A stretch of 56,791 bases of DNA, taken from Candidatus Zixiibacteriota bacterium (GTDB taxonomy: Bacteria; RBG-13-66-14; B26-G2; WVWN01). The position numbers were made by a program, and so were the translations under genes. This document shows positions 27,271 through 34,157 of the stretch, piece by piece (position 1 is the first letter of the stretch; each line of letters begins with the position of its first letter). Below the pieces are notes generated by a model. That model was not told the DNA's origin. It ran no database searches and was given only the letters and a program-made list of their open reading frames with translations. The stretch spans positions 2,898-59,688 of the forward strand of contig WVWN01000003.1 of NCBI GenBank assembly GCA_011773985.1, given 5' to 3'.

Positions 27271-28238
27271 CGGAACAACGCCTTAATTCTACCCACCGAC
27301 GAGGGCGCGACCGCGGGCTCGGTCCAACGGAAGTACTGGATGCGGTCGTTAAAGGTATCGGCGACGTAAACGCGAGAACCATTCGCAGAAACTACGACGC
27401 CTTCGGGGTAATAGAACTCCCCGTTGCCCGAACCCCTCGTACCCCACTTGCCGAGGAATGAACCGTCGGGAGTGAAATACTGGATGCGGGCGTTGTAGAT
27501 GTCCGCTACGAAGACGTTGGCGTTAGGGGCCGTCGCGACGCCGTAAGGACGGTTGAATTGGCCGTCGCCGCTACCCTGCGAGCCCCATTTACCGAGGAAA
27601 GAGCCGCTCGAGGTAAAGTATTGGACGCGGAAGTTAAGGCGGTCGCCGATGTAAACGCGGGCCCCCGACGGGAGGACGGCAACGCCCATCGAGCGATTGA
27701 ATTGGCCGTTACCGGAGCCGGACGCACCCCACTTGCCGAGGAACGAGCCGCTCGCGGTGAAGTATTGGACGCGGTCGTTCTCGGTGTCGCCGACGTATAC
27801 GTTGCCGTTGGGAGCGACCGCTATCCCGAAAGGCCGCTCGAATTGGCCGTCGCCGGCGCCCTGTGAGCCCCATTTGCCGATGAACGACCCCGTCGGCGTG
27901 AAATATTGGATCCGGTGTCGAGCCGTATCAGCGACGTAAACGTTGCCGTTGGTAGCGACCGCGATACCTTCCGGGTATCTAAATTCGCCGTCCCCCGAAC
28001 CAGATTTACCCCAATTACCGCGAAAATGACCTTCCCACGTGAAGTACTGGACGCGGTGGTTATAAGTGTCGGCTACGTAAACGTTGCCGTTAGGGGCTAG
28101 GCCAATACCCGTAGGCTTATCGAATTGGCCTAACTGGGACCCGGACGCCCCCCACTTGCCCTCGTAGACCCACGCGGCTAAACCCGACGTAACCGCGGCG
28201 GCGAAAACGGCAACTGCGTAAAACGCAGTCCTTTTCAT
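27267..28238 (-). CDS. Secreted NHL-repeat 6-bladed beta-propeller, tail VAPSSVGRIKALFR
   Basis: ATG 28238 after SD AAAGGAGG; six NHL repeats. Confidence 0.92.
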   Translation of the reverse strand: MKRTAFYAVAVFAAAVTSGLAAWVYEGKWGASGSQLGQFDKPTGIGLAPNGNVYVADTYNHRVQYFTWEGHFRGNWGKSGSGDGEFRYPEGIAVATNGNVYVADTARHRIQYFTPTGSFIGKWGSQGAGDGQFERPFGIAVAPNGNVYVGDTENDRVQYFTASGSFLGKWGASGSGNGQFNRSMGVAVLPSGARVYIGDRLNFRVQYFTSSGSFLGKWGSQGSGDGQFNRPYGVATAPNANVFVADIYNARIQYFTPDGSFLGKWGTRGSGNGEFYYPEGVVVSANGSRVYVADTFNDRIQYFRWTEPAVAPSSVGRIKALFR

Positions 28239-28313
28239 CTCGCCTCCTTTGCGCGGAGTACCGAACCCCAAAGCGAGAGGCCCGGTTACGAAAGAACGAA
28301 AGGCTTTTCGCCC

Positions 28314-29057
28314 CTAATCGAATAACGCCTTCACGCGGCCCAACGACGCGGGTTCGGCCTTTGACGAATCACGATATAAGTAGATATAATCGGTCGCGTC
28401 GTCAATTACCTGGACGCCGACTACGGAGCCCTTTGCCATTATGGCGATATTACCGAAGCCGGTGGGGGTTTTAATGCCCGTAATTACGGGTTTGCCTTCC
28501 TCGTAAACGGCGTGTGTTGCCGAATCCGCAACGAAGAACTCGCCGGGGTAGCCGCCACACGCCGTCGGCCGCGAGCCGGGTGCTTTGAACGTACTTACCA
28601 ACGAGCCCGTATTCTCGTCTACGACGACGATAACGTTCCGTTCCGGGATCGGTATATAAAGCTTGGAGCCAAACCCCCTGTCCATGTCGGCGGGCCCGGC
28701 GACCGGGCACCGGAACGAACTAACAACCGAGCCGGTCGTAGTAACCTCATAAATCCAGGAACTCCTTTCGTTAGATAAGTACATGTTCGAACCGGGGCCC
28801 GGACATATGCCCCAAGCCCCCCGGCCGCCCGGCGCCAGGAAACTCGCTATAATCCGCCCCGTGTACCAATACATCCGATAGACGTAAGGCGTCGCGCCGT
28901 CCTGAACGATATATCCCCTCAATTCACCGTCGCTCGTATAACCGCGGGGATTGGGCCCGGGCGTAGGATAGGAAGCATAAAGCTCCCAGGTGGCCGCGGC
29001 CGCGGCTACGGCGATGAAAACCGTACACGCGGCCGCCCAAATAGATTTGTCTCTCAT
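28314..29057 (-). CDS. Secreted propeller-like protein, tail AEPASLGRVKALFD
   Basis: Signal peptide; paralog of 26161-26910. Confidence 0.85.
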   Translation of the reverse strand: MRDKSIWAAACTVFIAVAAAAATWELYASYPTPGPNPRGYTSDGELRGYIVQDGATPYVYRMYWYTGRIIASFLAPGGRGAWGICPGPGSNMYLSNERSSWIYEVTTTGSVVSSFRCPVAGPADMDRGFGSKLYIPIPERNVIVVVDENTGSLVSTFKAPGSRPTACGGYPGEFFVADSATHAVYEEGKPVITGIKTPTGFGNIAIMAKGSVVGVQVIDDATDYIYLYRDSSKAEPASLGRVKALFD

Positions 29058-29062
29058 GATTA

Positions 29063-29197
29063 CTACTCTCCTACCGTAACGTTGTCCTCAAGAGCCGGCT
29101 TGTAGTTGTGCTTCGTCGCCGTGAGCTTGCCGTCGAAATACAAAACCGCCGCTGCCGCGAGGGGCGCGCCGGCTTAGTTGGATTACCGAAAGGACAT
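29063..29197 (-). pseudogene. Leader with two in-frame stops fused to C25-like remnant (MSFR*SN*AGAPLAAAAVLYFDGKLTATKHNYKPALEDNVTVGE*)
   Basis: Manual translation; repeat of the 22748-22885 block. Confidence 0.7.
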
Positions 29198-29223
29198 ACT
29201 TCCCTCCTCGTTCCTTCTAGTTA

Positions 29224-29253
29224 ATTATATACTTTAATCAACTCCTGCGTCAA
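29224..29253 (-). promoter_or_regulatory. Repeated promoter TTGACG-18-TATAAT (copy 3)
   Basis: Direct repeat of 22912-22941. Confidence 0.7.
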
Positions 29254-29311
29254 GCGCTTTCTTTATCAAGAAGAGCCGCCTCGGGCGCGGTGCCGTGTAA
29301 ACGCAAGACAT

Positions 29312-29378
29312 GTAGGGGCCGGTCTTTAGACCGGCCCGCCCCCGCGCGAAACGGGCCGACCTGAAGGTCGGCCCCTAC
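29312..29378. repeat. REP-like doublet, right boundary of array
   Basis: GTAGGGGCCGGTCTTTAGACCGGCCC...GGGCCGACCTGAAGGTCGGCCCCTAC; direct repeat of 20218-20285. Confidence 0.8.
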
Positions 29379-29410
29379 CGGAACAACGCCTTAACGCGGC
29401 CTAGTGAGGT
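29375..29410 (-). pseudogene. Orphan C-terminal tail TSLGRVKALFR* with no gene body
   Basis: ACC TCA CTA GGC CGC GTT AAG GCG TTG TTC CGG TAG read on the minus strand. Confidence 0.85.
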
Positions 29411-29441
29411 GCGTTTAAATTTAATGTTAACCGAACGTGGA

Positions 29442-30566
29442 TTAATCCGGCATCGATTTTAAACTTTTCCTAACCTGCGCACGCCTTAAAATATATTTAT
29501 TTTTTGCCTTGGCTTGTAATATAGCGATCCGGTCTAATTCATTTTTTTCGTATTTTAGTAACGCTATCTCTAAACACCTAACTATTTCTTTTATAACTTC
29601 GGGGAAAGGTATTACGGCCGGTACGAACATTAAAAACCCTTCTTTACTCGATACCTGTTGCGTAGAACCGTCTTTTCCGATAACAATCGATATTTCATCT
29701 TCGCTAAAACCCTCTTCTCTTAATATTATATAATTAGTAAATATAGTTGCAACGATATCTTCTACGAATGTATTTAAGGAGATCGGTTCGAGATTTGGGG
29801 AGAAAAATTGGAAATCCGTATCTATTTGTTTTTCCTCTATAAAGGATTTTACTAGTGGTCTATAATTAAACTTACTCATTATATAATTTTGGAATTCGTA
29901 TTGCCCTAATATCGCGAAACCCGGCTCCCTTATTATTACGTTACTTATTTCTTCAATTTGGTCAGCAGCAAAAATTTTTATGCCCTCAGGGAAAGTATCC
30001 TGAAATTCGTCCTTTAGAACTAGGCCGCATATTTCCCTTTCCCAAATTAATTTTTTATTTTGCTCGTCTCGTCGTATAAGTCGTGTTTTATAACCTAGGC
30101 GCTCTATAATTTGTTCGGTTTTATTTACGCATTTTTGGGCTAGTTTCCTTTTTTCGGCTTCTGTTTCCCCGCCGATAGTTGTTAACCCCATTTCTTCAAA
30201 AAATTCATCGAAATTTAAAACTTCCTCTTCGGCCCTTGTCCTTTTTAGATATATTTTTTCTTGTTTTAACCTGATGCGGAGGTTTTTCTTTAACGTAAGG
30301 AAGTATTCTTCGGCGTTCACTTCTTCGAAAGGCGAAATATCTATTATTACCTCGAAATTCGGTTCGCCGCTATATGTTTTTTCGTTTCCCTTCCAATACC
30401 CAATACAATTAACAAGTGCACAGCCGCCGAAGTTCAAAGTTATATCTTCTAGGATAGACTCCAACAAAGAATCTTCGAAACGGTTGCCTTCGTTATCGTA
30501 CCGGGGTATTGTTAGTTTCCAAGTCTCGATTTTTTTTAGAACGCCGTTATCGGTTATTTTATACAT
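29442..30566 (-). CDS. AT-rich hypothetical cytoplasmic protein, 374 aa
   Basis: Long ORF in a visibly AT-rich stretch; no signal peptide; no family recognised with confidence. Confidence 0.8.
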   Translation of the reverse strand: MYKITDNGVLKKIETWKLTIPRYDNEGNRFEDSLLESILEDITLNFGGCALVNCIGYWKGNEKTYSGEPNFEVIIDISPFEEVNAEEYFLTLKKNLRIRLKQEKIYLKRTRAEEEVLNFDEFFEEMGLTTIGGETEAEKRKLAQKCVNKTEQIIERLGYKTRLIRRDEQNKKLIWEREICGLVLKDEFQDTFPEGIKIFAADQIEEISNVIIREPGFAILGQYEFQNYIMSKFNYRPLVKSFIEEKQIDTDFQFFSPNLEPISLNTFVEDIVATIFTNYIILREEGFSEDEISIVIGKDGSTQQVSSKEGFLMFVPAVIPFPEVIKEIVRCLEIALLKYEKNELDRIAILQAKAKNKYILRRAQVRKSLKSMPD

Positions 30567-30627
30567 ACGGCTAATTCCCGTAATAATTATTTATTGTTGG
30601 TTTTGGAACGGTTTCCAAGATTTAAGT

Positions 30628-31401
30628 TTATATTAAAATAACCCCCATCACCAGCAACGCTACGAACGGCGCGACGCCGGCGCCTACGGTCCCCGGGTGG
30701 AAGTCCGGCCCGAAGCCCGAGGCGAATAGGCCGTGGCCCTCGACGCCCAACGATACGTAGTTCCCGGCGACCATTCCCCCCACGCAGGCGACGACTACTA
30801 GTATTAAGCCGAGCGCGAAGGTCCGCGGCCTGCGGGGCGCTACGTCCAACACGTCCGGGTAGAGGAGGCCCAGCCGCCGGACGCGCTTGTCGAGCGCCTT
30901 GAGTAGGAGCGGCCCCAATACCACCGTGAAGATGACGTTGTTCACGACGATGATGTTCGCCAGCGCGGCGAAGGGCGCCTGGCCCAGCAGGTCTATCCCC
31001 CAGCCGATGAATAGGCCGCACGCTAAGGCGGCGAGAATTATAGCCGCCTCCATAAGTAATAAGCGCCGCCAGTTGGAAAGGTATTCCGCGGCGCCGGCGC
31101 GGACGATGCGGTAGGGGATGTACGCCAACAGGAAGTTGCCGCCGAGGCCGAAGAGGCTACCCCATCCCAGCGTCCCCGAGAAGTCCCCCAGCAGGTTCCC
31201 TAGGGCCGAGCCGACGGCGCCCGCGGGGCCGAAGAGCAGGCCCGCGACGAAAGGGATGGCTCGCCCGGGCGAGGTCTCCGTCAGGCCGGGTATGAGCGTG
31301 AGCGGTTTGAACGGTATGAGCAGCGCCGCGTACACCGCCGCGGTCACGGCCGCCAGGACGACCATCCGCGTGTTCTCCCACATCCTCGCGACTTCGCGCA
31401 C
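30628..31401 (-). CDS. queT: QueT-family ECF transporter S component
   Basis: MWENTRMVVL...YAALLIPFK...IPGLTE..PG...GLLFGPAGAVGSALGNLLGD. Confidence 0.8.
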   Translation of the reverse strand: MREVARMWENTRMVVLAAVTAAVYAALLIPFKPLTLIPGLTETSPGRAIPFVAGLLFGPAGAVGSALGNLLGDFSGTLGWGSLFGLGGNFLLAYIPYRIVRAGAAEYLSNWRRLLLMEAAIILAALACGLFIGWGIDLLGQAPFAALANIIVVNNVIFTVVLGPLLLKALDKRVRRLGLLYPDVLDVAPRRPRTFALGLILVVVACVGGMVAGNYVSLGVEGHGLFASGFGPDFHPGTVGAGVAPFVALLVMGVILI

Positions 31402-31405
31402 GGCC

Positions 31406-32092
31406 TCACCTCGTAAGCTCGTAGATGCGGAGCGATACGGGGGTATCCTTCAGGTCGTTGAGCGGCTCGATTTCGACGTAGTATTTCCCGGCTAAGGATG
31501 CCTCGTCGAATATCACGGCCTTGCCCTCGTCGCCCAGATCCCGCAAAGCGTAGCGCACGTCCGCGGGCAGCGGCTTGACGACGGCGTACGCGTCGTACGG
31601 GTTTATGACGTTGGCCTCCAGACAGTCGCCCCCGCACGATATAACGTACGTCGTCCCCGGCGCCGGCTTAATGTCGTATTTGCCCTTCTCGCCCGCTTTG
31701 ATCGTAATCTGGGCGGAATCGAGGAGCGTAAGCTTAGGGGGCGGCGCGGTAGACTTAGGCTTCTCGCCGGCGAGCGCGCGTACTATCGTCGCGGCCGTTT
31801 CGGCGCGGACGATGCCGGAAACCGGCAGGCCCCAATCCCGCTGGAACGCCTTGACCGCGGCCTCCGTCGCCGGCCCGAAGATGCCGTCCGTGCGGCCGAA
31901 CCCCTCGAGGTAATCGCCGTATCCGATGTTGTAAAGGTCGTTTTGGAGGAGCGTCACGTAGTCGGCGGCGAAGTCGCTGTCGCGGGCGCCGAACTTCAGC
32001 GTATTGTCGCCGTAGCGGTTGACGGCGAAGGCCGCGGCGGAGAGCGCCAACGCGGCCGCAACGACGGTTGCAACCTTAGCGGATTTAGACAT
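31406..32092 (-). CDS. Secreted peptidoglycan-binding domain protein
   Basis: Signal peptide; V..LQ..L...GY...DGIFGPATEAAVKAFQRDWGLPVSGIV. Confidence 0.88.
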   Translation of the reverse strand: MSKSAKVATVVAAALALSAAAFAVNRYGDNTLKFGARDSDFAADYVTLLQNDLYNIGYGDYLEGFGRTDGIFGPATEAAVKAFQRDWGLPVSGIVRAETAATIVRALAGEKPKSTAPPPKLTLLDSAQITIKAGEKGKYDIKPAPGTTYVISCGGDCLEANVINPYDAYAVVKPLPADVRYALRDLGDEGKAVIFDEASLAGKYYVEIEPLNDLKDTPVSLRIYELTR

Positions 32093-32163
32093 GATTCCCT
32101 CCTCGCTGGACGCGCGAGTATAAGTATATGTTGAGGGTATGGCTAAGTTAATGTTATAAGGTA

Positions 32164-32895
32164 TTGCTTTTTTCGCGACGTTCGCTTAGCGATGGCGGCA
32201 TTGTGAAGAACCCTTACGATTATTACTTAGAGTGGGACGCCCGGTTCTGGGAGGCGCCCTTCTTATTCGGCCTGTCGCGCGTCGGGCACGGCCTCGCCGG
32301 TAAAAGGCTCCTAGATATCGGTTCCCGGCGAGGGCGGATGTGTTTATGGTTTGCGGAAGAAGGCGCCCGCGTCGTCGGCGGCGATTTACATTACGATTAT
32401 TTAACCTATGCGGCCGCGGAGTCAAGAAAAAACGGGGGGGAGGCTTTCAGCCTGGTCCAAATGCGCGCGGAGGCGCTCCCGTTTCGCGACGGGGCCGTCG
32501 ACGTAATATTTACTAAGTCGGCTTTCGTCCTCTTCAAGAAGGCCGCGGCGTTTCGGGAAATGCTGAGGGTCCTCAAGCCGGGGGGCTACGTTTGGTTGGT
32601 TGAAAATATGAAGTTAAACCCCTTCGCCGCGTTGGTCAGGTTAGTACGGCGCTTGGCCGGCGTGGAATGGGTCAAAAGGGCCGCGTACGTTACGTACGAG
32701 GAACTGGAGTCGTACGCCCCCGCGTTTTCCCGCTACGCCCACGGGGAATTCCATCTGTTGACACCTTTGTGCCGCGTTATCCCCTTGCCGAGGCCCTTAC
32801 TAAGGCGGCTCGTGGCTTGGGAAAGCCGGATCCTCAGGCGGTCCCGATGGCTGAGCCGCTTCGCGTGGCTGACGTGCGTCGTCGGCCAGAAGTAA
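32164..32895 (+). CDS. Class I SAM-dependent methyltransferase (start uncertain)
   Basis: LLDIGSRRG, AEALPFRDGAVD, EMLRVLKPGG. Confidence 0.88.
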   Translation: MLFSRRSLSDGGIVKNPYDYYLEWDARFWEAPFLFGLSRVGHGLAGKRLLDIGSRRGRMCLWFAEEGARVVGGDLHYDYLTYAAAESRKNGGEAFSLVQMRAEALPFRDGAVDVIFTKSAFVLFKKAAAFREMLRVLKPGGYVWLVENMKLNPFAALVRLVRRLAGVEWVKRAAYVTYEELESYAPAFSRYAHGEFHLLTPLCRVIPLPRPLLRRLVAWESRILRRSRWLSRFAWLTCVVGQK

Positions 32896-32936
32896 TCCCC
32901 GTATTTCCTCCGTAATCCACGCACACGATAGTTTTT

Positions 32937-34106
32937 TTACCGGGGTACGTCCGTGAAGAAGTCGCGGATGCGCGGCCCCGCTGCGGCCCTGCGCCGGAGG
33001 TGCCATAGTACGAACGAGAGCGGGACGACGGCGAAGGCGACGACGGCCAAGGCGCCGAAGGCTTTACCGAGCCCCAATTTCTCGCCGACGTACCCCACGA
33101 AGCCGGTGCCGAACGAACCGAGGCCGAAGGCCAAAAAGAAGTTTACGCCGAACGCTATGCCCTGGCGCCGGGCGGAGGTAAGCCGCGAGATGAGCGTGTT
33201 CGTTACCGGTTGCGTCGAGAAGTGGGCGAAGCCGTACGCCAGCGCGGGCGCGAAGAGGAACGCGCCCTGGGAGGCGCCCAGGAAAACGAGCGCGAGGCCG
33301 GAGAAGAGGAAAGAGCACGCGAGGACCAGTTCGTATCGCCAGCGGGAGGCCAACAGGCCGCCGACGTATTGCCCGCCAATGCCCGCGAGCAACGTCGCCG
33401 TCGTCGCCGCGTTGCCGACGAAGAGGTTCCTTATCGTCGCGAGGCGCGTCGGCAAGAAGGTCGTCGCGCCGTGAAAGATGAAGCCGTTCATTATTGCGAT
33501 TACGTAAAAGAGGAGCAAGCCGGCCAAAAGGGTCTTTTGCGGGAGCGCGGGCCTTTCGGCCGCGGGCCCCGGCATGCGCGCGACGCCGCGCCCTCCCCAT
33601 CCCGCGAAGGCGGCGCCGAGCGCGCCGAGCGCCGCGGCGAAGACGACGTACGACCACCGCCACCCCGCCGCGGCGGTTATCGCGCCCGCGACGACCGGCC
33701 CCAAAGATAAGCCCAAAGTCCCGAAGATGCCGTGATACGCCATGGCCTTTTCGACCGAGCCGACGCGGCGCGCTATCAAGGAGAGGCCTGCGGGGTGGTA
33801 TAGCGCCGCGGCCAACCCCAGCGCCCCCAGCGCCACCCCCAGGCTGTAGATGTCCTTCGCCAACGCCAAGCCGACGCAAGCGGCGGCCATGCCGAAGCAA
33901 CATATCCCCAGCACGCGACGCGAGCCGATCCGGTCCGCGAAATAACCGCTCGCCGGCGCGAGCAAACCGAACGACAGGTACGAGATGTTACCGACGACGG
34001 CGATGGCGAATAGCCCCGCGCCCACGCTCTCGCGCATGGGCGTGAGGACCGCGGCGAAAGCGACCATCGTCATGTGGACGAGGCCGTGCGCCGCGCCCGT
34101 TCCCAA
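32937..34106 (-). CDS. MFS transporter (start may lie a few codons upstream)
   Basis: GYFADRIGSRRV motif A; about 12 TM segments. Confidence 0.92.
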   Translation of the reverse strand: MGTGAAHGLVHMTMVAFAAVLTPMRESVGAGLFAIAVVGNISYLSFGLLAPASGYFADRIGSRRVLGICCFGMAAACVGLALAKDIYSLGVALGALGLAAALYHPAGLSLIARRVGSVEKAMAYHGIFGTLGLSLGPVVAGAITAAAGWRWSYVVFAAALGALGAAFAGWGGRGVARMPGPAAERPALPQKTLLAGLLLFYVIAIMNGFIFHGATTFLPTRLATIRNLFVGNAATTATLLAGIGGQYVGGLLASRWRYELVLACSFLFSGLALVFLGASQGAFLFAPALAYGFAHFSTQPVTNTLISRLTSARRQGIAFGVNFFLAFGLGSFGTGFVGYVGEKLGLGKAFGALAVVAFAVVPLSFVLWHLRRRAAAGPRIRDFFTDVPR

Positions 34107-34157
34107 TATTATCTTTTTTTCGTCGGCAGTGATGGCTTCCCTTATGGGATTTAAACG

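Noticed and set aside
20307-28238. Diversity-generating retroelement acting on NHL genes
   Set aside because: No reverse transcriptase in the window and I saw no adenine-specific TR/VR pair; differences involve all bases
20218-29410. CRISPR array or classical integron
   Set aside because: Repeats are about 2 kb apart with whole genes between them; no cas or intI gene; the palindromes are perfect and lack attC RYYYAAC/GTTRRRY ends
31401-32160. preQ1 riboswitch controlling queT
   Set aside because: queT starts a few bases after the upstream gene and no preQ1-like stem plus A-rich tail was recognised
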